A stretch of DNA of 64,000 nt. Origin: a virus (taxonomy: Duplodnaviria > Caudoviricetes). The notes beneath the pieces are model-generated. The model was not told the origin of the DNA and made no database searches. It saw only the letters and a program-made list of their open reading frames with translations. Shown one piece after another: positions 49,873 through 60,080 of this stretch. Position numbers and translations under genes: made by a program. The first letter of the stretch is position 1. Each line of letters begins with the position of its first letter. The stretch lies in IMG/VR virus record IMGVR_UViG_3300046528_000065, positions 25,164 through 89,163 of that record, one strand, 5' to 3'.

Positions 49873-50279
49873 TTAATTCCCGTAACGTAAATGACCTCAC
49901 CCCCGCGATGAGGGACAAGTGCTTGCTGTTCATTCAGAAGTGCAAGGAAGCAGGCGTGGATGTAATTATCACGTCCACCTACCGTGACTTCGAGAGCCAG
50001 GATGCGTTGTTCGCGCAGGGCCGTACAGTTCATGGCCCTGTCGTCACGAATGCAAAAGGTGGGCAGTCTTATCACAACTACCGCATCGCTTTCGACTTCT
50101 GCCCGATTGTAGGCGGTAAGGCGATGTGGAACGACATCAAGACGTTTATCAAATGTGGTGAGATTGGTAAGAGTATCGGCCTAGAGTATGCAGGCGATTG
50201 GAAGACGTTCAAAGAGTACGCCCACCTACAAGAGGCTGGGCACACATTGGAAGAGTTGAGGAAAAATCATGCTAGATAA
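49869..50279 (+). CDS. Endolysin, M15 family L-Ala-D-Glu peptidase
   Basis: ITSTYRDFESQDALFAQGRT...TNAKGGQSYHNY..AFD...GDWKTFKEYAHLQ. Confidence 0.9.
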   Translation: MINSRNVNDLTPAMRDKCLLFIQKCKEAGVDVIITSTYRDFESQDALFAQGRTVHGPVVTNAKGGQSYHNYRIAFDFCPIVGGKAMWNDIKTFIKCGEIGKSIGLEYAGDWKTFKEYAHLQEAGHTLEELRKNHAR

Positions 50280-50718
50280 ACTGAAGGCTCTGATGAGCCT
50301 GTTCAAACAGGGCGCTGCTGTGGCGGACCCTGCAAAGTGGAAGAACCGGCAGATTTCTGTGACGATGCTCGCCGGATTGATTATCGCAATTGTTCAGTTG
50401 GCAAAGGCATTCGGGCATGAAATTCCTGTCGATTCTGAAACAGCTATGGCGTTGGCAGGCGGTGTCATTGCTGCTGTCAATACTATTTTCACCATCACTA
50501 CGAGCAAAGCCGTTGGTTTGCCAACAGGGACAGTGGCAACAGCCGAACAAACTGTGCCAAGCGTACAACAAGCAACTCCTGAAGCAGCACAAGCAGAAAA
50601 CGTGCCGTCTGAGCCTGTCCCCGACGTGGGACATAGAGGGATTGACGAAACAACTAGAGAGCGTGCTAAACAATGGGCCAAGCAGCAAACCAGTAACGGT
50701 TTGGCAAATGATGCCTGA
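50269..50718 (+). CDS. Holin-like membrane protein
   Basis: Two hydrophobic helices, directly downstream of endolysin. Confidence 0.6.
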   Translation: MLDKLKALMSLFKQGAAVADPAKWKNRQISVTMLAGLIIAIVQLAKAFGHEIPVDSETAMALAGGVIAAVNTIFTITTSKAVGLPTGTVATAEQTVPSVQQATPEAAQAENVPSEPVPDVGHRGIDETTRERAKQWAKQQTSNGLANDA

Positions 50719-50840
50719 ACGTGTTGCATTGAATGTGAAATGCAGTTTATAATTCACCCATCTTGAAATGCAAAAGGGACGAAGCTCTGCGAAAGCCCGT
50801 CCCTCATCAACAATTTAAGTTTTCACTCTGTGGTAGAGTC

Positions 50841-50876
50841 TGCCCGTTAGCCTATTTTGGTTAGCGGGCTTTTTTA
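50841..50876 (+). terminator. Terminator at the late/replication convergence
   Basis: gcccgttagc/gttagcgggc stem plus TTTTTT. Confidence 0.7.
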
Positions 50877-51167
50877 CGCGTGTGCTACTTGCGGAGCTTT
50901 GCTGAATGCCGCGATGGCGTTGTAGAAATTGACAGAGGCAGCAATGACCTGCGTGACGATGTTCAGGATGTGATCGAACGGGACAGGGCCACTTGCTGCT
51001 TCGTAGATGGCCTTGATTGCAGCCAGTGCCACTTGCAGCTTCTGTGCACCGTTACCAGTGCCGAAGGTGGCTTCAACCTGCTTGATCTGGTCAGTGATGA
51101 CAGGGTAGAGAGCAGCGGTGACTTTGTTCAGGTATTCCAGGTCAGCGATGATGGCGGCGATGTTCAT
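50874..51167 (-). CDS. Hypothetical protein
   Basis: SD AAAGGA; own promoter TTGACT-17-TACACT at 51269-51241. Confidence 0.7.
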   Translation of the reverse strand: MNIAAIIADLEYLNKVTAALYPVITDQIKQVEATFGTGNGAQKLQVALAAIKAIYEAASGPVPFDHILNIVTQVIAASVNFYNAIAAFSKAPQVAHA

Positions 51168-51368
51168 TGTGTTTCCTTTATGTTAGGCAGGTGGTTGAGT
51201 GTTGCTTGATTCGCGTCACAGGAGTTGCTGACAGGAATCAAGTGTATGTGTGGTATCTAACCGAGTCAACAATTATTTTGAACTTAGTTCGTAATCTTGT
51301 CGCTATTCACCAACAAGGCGCTTATTAATTGAACAGCACTGTATTGATGAATAACTCTTGTGTGTTGA

Positions 51369-51632
51369 TTAGTTGTCCACTGCATTGCTCAGAGCTTCAA
51401 GGGTCGCCGCCTCGTCCACGATATCCTTCGTGTTGGCCTTGAAGCGAGTCTTGATGAATTTGCCAACAATCTTCTTGTCTAAGCTAGTTGCATCAACAGC
51501 TTCCTGGACAATCTCTTTGAAGTCTTTCTTCAGTTCTTCAATCTGGTCCAGCACGTTGAGGCCGCGTTGAAGGAAGCCCGTGAGTTTGGTGACATCTACG
51601 TTTGCCGAGTCGATACTGATAAATTTATTCAT
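51369..51632 (-). CDS. T4 DsbA/GapR-like dsDNA-binding protein
   Basis: Helical QIEELKKDFKEIVQEA....LDKKIVGKFIKTRF pattern. Confidence 0.6.
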   Translation of the reverse strand: MNKFISIDSANVDVTKLTGFLQRGLNVLDQIEELKKDFKEIVQEAVDATSLDKKIVGKFIKTRFKANTKDIVDEAATLEALSNAVDN

Positions 51633-51643
51633 TGCTAGGTTCC

Positions 51644-52636
51644 TTATTGGTTGTTAGCGCGGTTTGCTGCGATGATGCCTTGGTAATATTGCACCAATGA
51701 GGCTGCCGACTCTTCTACGTTGGCAAGGGCTTCCTCAGCAGTGGTGAAGTCGTCAGGGTTGTCCTTCATTGCTTGGTAGGACACTCGGATGGCTTCGTAC
51801 AGCTCGTCAGGGGTGATGTTATTCATTTCTATTCTCCTTAAGATTATTGTGGATTCTTACGCTGGGCTTTACGTGCCGCACGAGCAGCCTTTGCAGCTTG
51901 CTTCTCTTTGTTGACATACGTCCCCGCATATCCAGCATCCCACACGAGCACACCCTTCTTAAGTGCCTTGACAGCCTTGTTTGCAAGTGTTCTCCGGGCC
52001 TTATAATCAACGAACGATTCGTCAGGATGCCGTACCAGGGACGTGTATTGCGGCAGGTTTTGAGCGGTTTGTACCAATTGAATTCTCCTTATTTCATCTG
52101 TTTAAAAATACTTGCAGCCTTCTTCGCACAGGCTTTGCAGAGGTAAGCCGTGCAAGACTCGTAATCAGGCTCATGGCCCACTCGAACAACTTCCTCTGCG
52201 TCTTTACGACATTCACTGCACGCCAAGTATGTCCAAGAGGTGTTGCCAATGATACGGTCAACCTCATTCGGATCGACAGGTTTTGGCAAGGCGTTTAGAA
52301 GCTCCCTAATCTCCACCTTGTCTTGACCCCACCTACCACAGCCGTATTGTTCCTTCCAGCGTCTTGGTGCATCATCTGCTTGTTCCTGTCGGGTGAGAAT
52401 AATCATGCGATGCTCCTCTTAGCTTCCCTTCCTGCCTTACGGGCTTCCTTCATCTTCTCCTGCTGACGCTTGTTGCGCATGTCCTTGTCAGCTTGTGCCC
52501 AAGACATTTTGTGCGGCTTGGATTTCTTATGAGGCGTTGCTGCGAAGTCTTCCAGGTATTGCATGTTGCCCTCGTTATGTTTGTTGTCAGAAGCGACAAG
52601 AAGAATCTTACGTGGGTTGATTCCCCTTGTCAACAT
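51644..52636 (-). CDS. Small hypothetical proteins (51644-51826, about 51844-52077, 52089-52406 with CxxC pairs, about 52403-52564)
   Basis: Abutting ORFs in operon orientation. Confidence 0.55.
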
Positions 52637-52646
52637 CTTTGTTGAT

Positions 52647-52898
52647 TTATTTCAAGAGACGGTAAAGCTCCTGCGCTTCAAGTTTCTCCAGCCAACTAAG
52701 ACCTCCTGGTGCGAACAACTTTCCCTCTACATAGAACTGTGGCACACTGCGATGCTGCTCTGCCAGTAAGAATGACTTGGCAGCTTGATCTTCATCAATC
52801 TTCACAACCTCGTACTGAATCCCGTAAGAATCTAGCAGTGCGGTAGCCTTGACGCAGGCAGGGCAGTTGTTTTTGGAGTACATTGTTATAGTCTTCAT
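52647..52898 (-). CDS. Glutaredoxin
   Basis: YSKNNCPAC...RSVPQFYV; SD AAAGG before ATG 52898. Confidence 0.9.
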   Translation of the reverse strand: MKTITMYSKNNCPACVKATALLDSYGIQYEVVKIDEDQAAKSFLLAEQHRSVPQFYVEGKLFAPGGLSWLEKLEAQELYRLLK

Positions 52899-52965
52899 TT
52901 CGCCTTTACGTGGGTAGTTATAGAGGTTAATCGGAGGCATCCAGTCGTTCCATGCCTCCATGTCA

Positions 52966-54846
52966 TCACACGATTTCGCAAGCACCACCAGCACACGCAC
53001 TCTCCGCAGCAAGGTCTACAGCGTCACCATTTTCCTCGAACACATGCCCGATGTTGATACTGGCAAGCATAGGAAGCATCTCTTCGTACCGTTCTTTCGT
53101 GATGTCCTCGAAAGGCAACTGTGGGTAAGCTTCCGCACCGGAGAACGGCAGCACCGAGATACCATTGTAGTGAGACTTGTTATCCCACATCCACTTCGTC
53201 AGCTCGGCCCACTCATTGTCTTTGACAGAGATAGTGCAGCTAACATTGTGTTGATTAACACCGTTACGATGGCCTGCTGCCACCCAATTCTGCGAAACAT
53301 TCTTAACTCGCTCCAGCAGGGAATTCATCGTCTCAGTCCTCACTGTTGCCCCGTCTGGGGCCTTCTGAGGGAAGCTCAATACAACTTGGTGCGGAACATA
53401 CACATCTTGCTCCACAAGCGACGGGGCAACCTTCATCATATATTGAGCGAGAGCTTCATCCTTACCAGCACGCATCCGGCGAATGTAGTACTGTGCATGC
53501 CATGCATGAATGCCACTGGACGTACCCAACACAAGCGATGTAGTACCTGCCGGTTTTACGCAAGTTACCCGTGCAGCCTTCTTAATGCCAAGTTGCTTAG
53601 CCACAGCAGCATTGGTGTCAAGAGCGTGCTTGGCGGCTTCTTCCATATCCAATGGCTCTACAGTGCCAGATGCAATACCCGTCATAGACACGCCAAGCAG
53701 AGCATCCTTCTCACAAGCGATCTTCCACTTAGGATTCAAGTAATGGAAGTCCGTATAACCGGCTTGCAGAGTACCTATGAATGCTGCTGCCGAAGAAGCC
53801 TCATTGAAGTTGTGCTGGTCCGTGATGGCACTCGCATTGATTTCAGTAAGATTGCACATTTGATAAGGGCGCAGTGCAATTTCACAGCAAGGATTTGTTC
53901 CCCAATCTTTGTTATTGGTCCAGTACACTCCAGGCTCACCACAACCACTATCTTCGACACGCTTCATCAGCGCAGCGAACTCTTCCTCGGATACTTCTCC
54001 GCGTGGCAGAACAGCCGAGTTGTTTGCACGAGCACGGTAGGGGTGGGTGATGTACCACTCACCAGATTTGGCAGCAAGCATCTCTTCGTCATCACGGTCA
54101 AACAGGCTAATCATGGCCGCACGGCGGATACCACCAGCAAGCACGGCGTCTGCCACGATACACGCCATGTCATGCACTTCGATTGGCTTCAGCTTACGGC
54201 CAACAGCAGTACGCAGAAGGGCTGTCAGTTGATCTACACATGCCTTCAGTGGTGCAGGACCTGGAGCTTGTCCCCCAGTTGTCACGAGTTCGCTGCCCTT
54301 CTCGCGGATATCGCGGTAGTCGAATACAGGGAGCGTACCAGCATTGAAGAACGCTTTCGCAACAACCTTAATTGCATCACTCCAACCAATGATCGAGTCC
54401 TGCACCTGGAACTTGTATTCGCCATCCGATTCAGGCAGCTTCACCTTTGGTAGTTTGCTTACGTGACGCTTCTGCACAGAGTAGCCCATGCCCGTGCCGC
54501 CCAGCAGCAGAAACATCAGTTCGCTGAAGAAGTGCGGTGACTCTGCTGGAGCATACGCACAATTGAAGATACGGGCCTCGTTCAACAGGATTGGGCGGCC
54601 ACCAAACTGCAAAGAACGCATGGATGGCAGCACTCGCTTGGTATCCACAAAGTTAGCATATACGTCACGAATTTGGTCAGCCATTGTAGGGTACTTCTCG
54701 ATATGCATTGCCTGATTGCGGGTGCTAATCTCTGCGAAGTTTTCCCGACGATTCAAAGCTGGGACGAATTTTGCGTACTTGTTAAAAACAGTAATGTCAG
54801 ACAGTGCTTTTTTATCCATGTGCTTAATTTCCTTTTGATTAGTCAT
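52966..54846 (-). CDS. nrdJ: Class II (adenosylcobalamin-dependent) ribonucleotide reductase; alternative start 54819
   Basis: LPSMRSLQFGG, GTNPCCEIAL, TCVKPAGTTSLV, C-terminal ACAGGACEIV. Confidence 0.92.
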   Translation of the reverse strand: MTNQKEIKHMDKKALSDITVFNKYAKFVPALNRRENFAEISTRNQAMHIEKYPTMADQIRDVYANFVDTKRVLPSMRSLQFGGRPILLNEARIFNCAYAPAESPHFFSELMFLLLGGTGMGYSVQKRHVSKLPKVKLPESDGEYKFQVQDSIIGWSDAIKVVAKAFFNAGTLPVFDYRDIREKGSELVTTGGQAPGPAPLKACVDQLTALLRTAVGRKLKPIEVHDMACIVADAVLAGGIRRAAMISLFDRDDEEMLAAKSGEWYITHPYRARANNSAVLPRGEVSEEEFAALMKRVEDSGCGEPGVYWTNNKDWGTNPCCEIALRPYQMCNLTEINASAITDQHNFNEASSAAAFIGTLQAGYTDFHYLNPKWKIACEKDALLGVSMTGIASGTVEPLDMEEAAKHALDTNAAVAKQLGIKKAARVTCVKPAGTTSLVLGTSSGIHAWHAQYYIRRMRAGKDEALAQYMMKVAPSLVEQDVYVPHQVVLSFPQKAPDGATVRTETMNSLLERVKNVSQNWVAAGHRNGVNQHNVSCTISVKDNEWAELTKWMWDNKSHYNGISVLPFSGAEAYPQLPFEDITKERYEEMLPMLASINIGHVFEENGDAVDLAAESACAGGACEIV

Positions 54847-55348
54847 TTACAACTTTCTTAACTGATTTCTTCCTGAGCCTCTTGACTTCAGGCTCTTGCT
54901 CTTTCTTGTAGTCGCTAGGCAGCTTAATACTTCCGTCTGCGAGTCGCTGATTGCCCCTAATATGAAACAGCAAGTCCTCTAGTAGAGCAATTTCTTCTGC
55001 AACCTTAACATCCTCAGCGGAAACATCATTTTCCCTTAAAGAAACGTTCCTGTCAATGGTAGAAGCTCCATAATCGTTGCAGCAGTGGCCCATTTCGTAG
55101 AGGGCCTCGAAAAGAGACTTATCGTAATGCTGACTGGCAATTAGTCGGTCCTCGTAGGTGCTGAACGGCGAGGTAAGACTCTTACGGTCCAGCAACATTT
55201 CCCCCGAAATGAGGAAGTTCACGACAATGTCGCCCTGGAGGTTGCGGTGCTGATATGCCCTGTACTCAACTGCTTTGTTAATATCGAATCCCAGCATATG
55301 AAGATAACCATGAACTAGGTCGTCGTTGTCAGGATGGACCATTTCCAT
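54839..55348 (-). CDS. Hypothetical protein
   Basis: 169-aa ORF translationally coupled to nrdJ. Confidence 0.7.
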   Translation of the reverse strand: MEMVHPDNDDLVHGYLHMLGFDINKAVEYRAYQHRNLQGDIVVNFLISGEMLLDRKSLTSPFSTYEDRLIASQHYDKSLFEALYEMGHCCNDYGASTIDRNVSLRENDVSAEDVKVAEEIALLEDLLFHIRGNQRLADGSIKLPSDYKKEQEPEVKRLRKKSVKKVVND

Positions 55349-55403
55349 GTAATTGAGGTGTGCGAGGCCGTCAATGAGTTTAAGGTCTGTGACCGATACG
55401 GTT

Positions 55404-56135
55404 TTAATAAGATTCTCCTTCAGTATTTAAATCGGGACGAACCTCGTACTCTGTGGGGCGAACTCGTCCGTGGTACAACAACTCCATTTCCTCTCGTTTT
55501 GCAACGGCTTCTTCAAATGTTGAGAAGGTGCCCCCATATATTGTCTCGTAGTTCAAGTTGAGCATAACCTTGTATTTACCTTCTTTCTCGTTGTAATAAA
55601 CACCAGTCCTGCCTGACGTATTGTCTTTCCTCTTTCTTACATTCAAAGATTGTTCGTGGTCGGTTGACCACTTACAGTTTTCTTTACAGTAGTTTTTATT
55701 AGTGTCGATCCTATCCAGTGATTGCCAATCTTCAGGTTCACCCATGTCAGCGATGAAGTTGTCAAGGTCGTGCCACTCACTCTCTACAGAGATGCCCCTA
55801 CCGCCATAATTTTCGTTGCTTTTGTCATTGCACCTTCTATGCATATGGTTCCAAATATTGTAGACACGAGTCTTCGATTGTCCATGCACCTTGTTGGACT
55901 TTCCGACTTCTGTCCTAACCTCAATTGCGAGGCAGCCGCAGGACCTCGATAAATTACGCAGCAAACTGGATGTACGTGGCGTGCCGAATTGACCGCAATC
56001 ACATACGCACAAGTAGGTCGGGTATATCCTGCTTGCGTTGTTCTGTTGCGAGTAGTCTGGACCTCGCGTCAATACTGTCCACCTACCAAATCTACTCCCA
56101 GGCTGTAATGGATTTCTTTCTACAACGGGGCTCAT
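55404..56135 (-). CDS. HNH-AP2 homing endonuclease
   Basis: RFGRWTV..CVCDCG..SCGC; YGGRGISV...SLDRIDTNKNY..NCKWST..Q..N; AP2 NTSGRTGVY...GTF.T.EEA. Confidence 0.85.
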   Translation of the reverse strand: MSPVVERNPLQPGSRFGRWTVLTRGPDYSQQNNASRIYPTYLCVCDCGQFGTPRTSSLLRNLSRSCGCLAIEVRTEVGKSNKVHGQSKTRVYNIWNHMHRRCNDKSNENYGGRGISVESEWHDLDNFIADMGEPEDWQSLDRIDTNKNYCKENCKWSTDHEQSLNVRKRKDNTSGRTGVYYNEKEGKYKVMLNLNYETIYGGTFSTFEEAVAKREEMELLYHGRVRPTEYEVRPDLNTEGESY

Positions 56136-56148
56136 AAGATATCTCGAT

Positions 56149-56583
56149 TCATACACCCGTGCTCCCAAAAGCACCTTCACCACGTTCTGTACTAGAAAGA
56201 TCATCAGCCAGAACAAACTGCACCTGCTCGTACGGGATCACCATGCCTTGCGCGATGCGGTCGCCATGCAGAGCGACGAAACCTCCACTGCCATCATTGG
56301 CAAGTTTAACTTTCAGCTCTCCCCTGTAGTCGCTATCAATCACTCCTACGCAGTTGCTAAGACGAACTCCATTCTTAAATCCGTGCCCACTTCGTGAAAA
56401 CACGAGCATGACATGATTCTCTGGAATCTCGAATTGCAGACCCGTTCCGTAAGCTTCAGAGGCGTCAGGACCTACCGAAATACTCCTAGGCTTGTACGCA
56501 GCAATATCGAAACACGCGCTACCTGGAGTAGCATACCTAGGCAGGACAACATCTTCATACATCTTCTTAACTTTTACTTGCAT
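56149..56583 (-). CDS. dut: dUTPase (trimeric)
   Basis: SACFDI, FSRSGHG, GVIDSDYRGE, RIAQG, RGEGAFGSTG. Confidence 0.95.
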   Translation of the reverse strand: MQVKVKKMYEDVVLPRYATPGSACFDIAAYKPRSISVGPDASEAYGTGLQFEIPENHVMLVFSRSGHGFKNGVRLSNCVGVIDSDYRGELKVKLANDGSGGFVALHGDRIAQGMVIPYEQVQFVLADDLSSTERGEGAFGSTGV

Positions 56584-56592
56584 AATTTCTCC

Positions 56593-56989
56593 TTAAAATT
56601 TCTCTAGAATCTGCCACTCGCCCTGCTGCACTTTGCTGAAAGCTTCGTCCAGCGAGAACTCGATAGTGCAATCTAGCGCGTTTCGCTCTACGGACACATG
56701 GTAAGCACCGTCGATTAAATGCGCCCAATACAGCGTGTCGTCATTCTCGTATGTGGTGCGGAAGCTGAAGTGGTGGTTACTCGCCATCGGCCCACCAAAT
56801 TTCTAAAGCTTTTTGCAGAGCCTTGATGAGGTGCCCTACGTCACGCTTGTCTACAAGCACGTATTCGTCAGCGTTGTCCTTGAAAAGGATATACGAACCT
56901 TGCTTTACGATCTGCTCTAAGTCCCCACGATCTGCGAAGCGAATCGTGTCAATAACTTGGCTTTCTTCACGGATATCAATTGTTGCCAT
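56593..56989 (-). CDS. Two small hypothetical proteins (56593-56787, 56777-56989)
   Basis: Overlapping ORFs. Confidence 0.6.
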
Positions 56990-58028
56990 TGTTGTTCTCC
57001 GAATATTCTTTCCTCAGCCACTCAAGACTCACGAACAGGGGGTCGTAACTACCATTCTTCACGTTATGCTTCAGCACGCAGCCCCTCCAATGATGATTAC
57101 CCTGGACTCCCTTGTAGCCCTCCTGATGATCATAGTACGCACCACTTACGAGGCCCCACTGTTGCGATCCATCTGCTTGAGTGAATCGAGTAGACACGTC
57201 CAACACTTGACGATGGCCCATCGAAAAGCTCTTGCCGATTGTCTTCAGCATATTCGCAGCAGTTCCGCTCAGCGGCTTACCCGACATCACGTTAGGGAAG
57301 TAGTGGCAGTAGTAAATTCCACCGACTTCAATCGGAGTAAGAAACGGGACCACTTCCCATCCGAAGTCTTCATAGCGCAGATCATCAACGCTCAGGAAGC
57401 CAAACAACTCTGGGTTGCTCTCTACATGACGGTTGATACGATCTTCATGATTGCCTAGAGTAAGAACCAAACGGGGCTTGTACTCAATTTTTCCCGTTTC
57501 TTTCAGTTGGTATTGCTGCATGTCGTACAGCGGCTGAAGCAGAACTCGCATACCTTCGATTGACGCATCAATGTCGTCCTGCACTCGCTTGCCCTCTGCT
57601 GCTTTCTTGCCTTTGTCGTAGCTGCTCAAGCTGAACATGTCTGCATGGTCGCCCACATGAATGATAACGTCAGGTTGCTTCCGTACAATGTATTGTCCAA
57701 GCCAGTCAAGATATTCAAGATTTACACCAGGCTTAACCTGAGTATCGCTGATGAACAGGTGAGTGCCTTCAGACTTGGTAGGGTCGGTAACAATGTTGAA
57801 TACGTCTTTGCCAGAAATCTTACTCGGCTTATTCGCAGGTTCATAATACATCTCGCCAACCCTGTCCTCACCATCCCGTGATTCCGCCAACGCGCTAGAA
57901 TACGCACGAAGGAAATCCAGACAAGTGGACCGCTTCACACCCAGCGTCCTCGCAATATCCCTTCGACTCATCACTCCAGCATTCTCAAGTGCAATTGCAT
58001 TCTTATGCCAGTCAAGTTGCTTCGTCAT
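56976..58028 (-). CDS. Calcineurin-like metallophosphoesterase with N-terminal HTH
   Basis: ISDTQV, HVGDHAD, LGNHE, YCHY, MGHRQ. Confidence 0.85.
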   Translation of the reverse strand: MTKQLDWHKNAIALENAGVMSRRDIARTLGVKRSTCLDFLRAYSSALAESRDGEDRVGEMYYEPANKPSKISGKDVFNIVTDPTKSEGTHLFISDTQVKPGVNLEYLDWLGQYIVRKQPDVIIHVGDHADMFSLSSYDKGKKAAEGKRVQDDIDASIEGMRVLLQPLYDMQQYQLKETGKIEYKPRLVLTLGNHEDRINRHVESNPELFGFLSVDDLRYEDFGWEVVPFLTPIEVGGIYYCHYFPNVMSGKPLSGTAANMLKTIGKSFSMGHRQVLDVSTRFTQADGSQQWGLVSGAYYDHQEGYKGVQGNHHWRGCVLKHNVKNGSYDPLFVSLEWLRKEYSENNNGNN

Positions 58029-59197
58029 TTACTCTCCTTAGTTGGTACACCGTAGCTATACTCCACATTACCAAACAGCGTGTTAATCTTATATGTCTCG
58101 CACTCGGAGGCCAGCACAACATTGCTGGTAGATTCCTCCAGCGAATTGGCAATCCTCGTAGCTGTGCAATTCAGCCTCTCTAGATACTGAAACAAGCGTG
58201 CTACGTCACGATCATTCATCACGCTTCCTCCACAAGCTTACTCTTAAGCGCATCAATCCGCTCGTTATAGTTTGCCTGCAAGCGACGCTGATGCTCGACA
58301 TTCTGCTCAGAGATACGCACACTGGACTGAAGTGCAGCAATTTGTTCGTTCAGCTCTTTGTTAAGGCGTTGCTGCTCGGCTGTGATGGGTGTCTTTTCAA
58401 CAACCGTCCAACCGCCCTCGGAAACGATATTCTGCACCATCTTGACCGAGTAGTTAGTCTGACCTTTCCTGCCGTAATCCTCTGTCCAAGACACTACATA
58501 CTTGTCATCACCTTTCGTGGCCTTAAACACTGTAGTGTCGTTGCTGCCAGTCATTACGAAATGAAACACGTCCGGCAGAGATTCCTTCACAGGAGCCTTA
58601 GCAGCTTCCTTCTCAGCTTTCTGTTCGTCTACAATGTTCCAAGCGAGGTCTTGCAAGCGTTCTTCCACAGCCTGCTGATCCCAAGTGACGCGAGGCTTTC
58701 CGTGGATTACGTTGTGGTAGCCCCTCGCCCAGTTCACTTCGTAGTCGCCCCACGCATTGCGCTTCACAGTGTGCGTGAAGCCAGGGTGAGTGTTGGTTCG
58801 CATCTGAAATTTGTCTGGCAGGCTCATCAGTTGTTCTCCTCGTTGTGTGCAAGTTGGATGTTACCTTTTGCAATCATTTGCTGCATCTCGCCAGCTTCAA
58901 AGAATGTTACGTACGAGTCGCCTGCGTAGATGCTGATAGTTTGCTCTGTGGGCCGCGCAGAATACTTGGTGCGGAAGCCTGCATAGTAGAAATCGAAAGG
59001 GCCATTCATTGCTTGTTCTCCTTAATGTATTCGTTCGCCAGCATAATGTTCGCAAGGAGCTTCGGGATGTCATGGCAGTAGATTTGCGTCTTGTTGCCGA
59101 CGGCGTTCTCAATCTCAATGAAAGGGTATTCGTGCTCTGTGCCCAGGTCTGCCCTAACGTGTTCCTTGCCGAATTGTGTGCCGTAGCTAAACTTCAT
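58025..59197 (-). CDS. Hypothetical proteins 58025-58222, 58219-58827, 58827-59009, 59006-59197
   Basis: ATGA-coupled ORFs. Confidence 0.65.
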
Positions 59198-59745
59198 GGT
59201 TTCTCCTTAAGAATCTTGGTAAGAGCCTTCCGACGTTTCTCATCGTTAGTGCAGTCATTGTACCCATGCTGTTGAAGTAAGGCAAGCATTTCTTTTCGAT
59301 TTTCTTTCTTGAGCAAATCGATAACTTTCTTATCCAGCTTCGCATCTTCAAACGACAACCCTGTGTTTTGAGCGTGGCTCACTACGGAGTGACAGCTCGT
59401 GCACAGTGGCCTAATCGAATCGTAATCAATGAGGAACAAGTGAGTCATATACGCCTCAGCATCAGAAAACTTAGTAAAAGTGCCACTGTCTCCTCGGTGA
59501 TCGATTTGGATGTCAGCCTGGACGGTATCTACCCTACAGATGTCGCACGTCATACCCCAACACTCTGGAAAACGCTTAGCACTCTTCTCGTTAGGATTCT
59601 TAATCCGCTTACGATACTTGTTGATGAACTCGATCTTGATAGGATGGACTTTCCAACCTTTGCGCAAGACTCCTCGCACCCAGTTCATGAATGCGCCCTC
59701 AGTCTTCCAGGGAGAGCCTTCGCAGAGCCACGGCTTACGGTTCAT
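59194..59745 (-). CDS. HNH endonuclease (conserved replication-module type)
   Basis: WVRGVLRKGW..HP.K...CDIC...IQIDH...LCTSCH. Confidence 0.8.
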   Translation of the reverse strand: MNRKPWLCEGSPWKTEGAFMNWVRGVLRKGWKVHPIKIEFINKYRKRIKNPNEKSAKRFPECWGMTCDICRVDTVQADIQIDHRGDSGTFTKFSDAEAYMTHLFLIDYDSIRPLCTSCHSVVSHAQNTGLSFEDAKLDKKVIDLLKKENRKEMLALLQQHGYNDCTNDEKRRKALTKILKEKP

Positions 59746-60080
59746 ACACGTAGCCTTCGGACTCGTTCAAAAACTTCGTCAGCCTGTACGCCACTTCCTC
59801 GGTGTAGGCTGTGCAGACGACGTTTCCCCGGCCTCCAAAAGATGTGTCGATGATGTCATAAGAGTCATCGATAGGGCAGCGGATTGGTGCGTATTTTACA
59901 GGGTATGTCATATCAAGTTCCTTTCACAAGCGTCAGAGCCTGCCCAGCAGTAAAGCCTTCCTTCACGTAAGCGTCATAGGCGGCTTTCTTCACTTTGGCA
60001 TTCAGTACAGCATATTCGCAATGGGCGAGCAGGTTGTCTCGCATCTGCTTAACGAGCTGCGGGAAGGTGGTGTCGGTCAT
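59735..60080 (-). CDS. Two small hypothetical proteins (59735-59911, 59913-60080)
   Basis: Hand-translated coupled ORFs filling the gap. Confidence 0.6.

Noticed and set aside
52960-54453. 497-aa + strand ORF
   Set aside because: Antisense shadow of nrdJ with no recognisable motifs.
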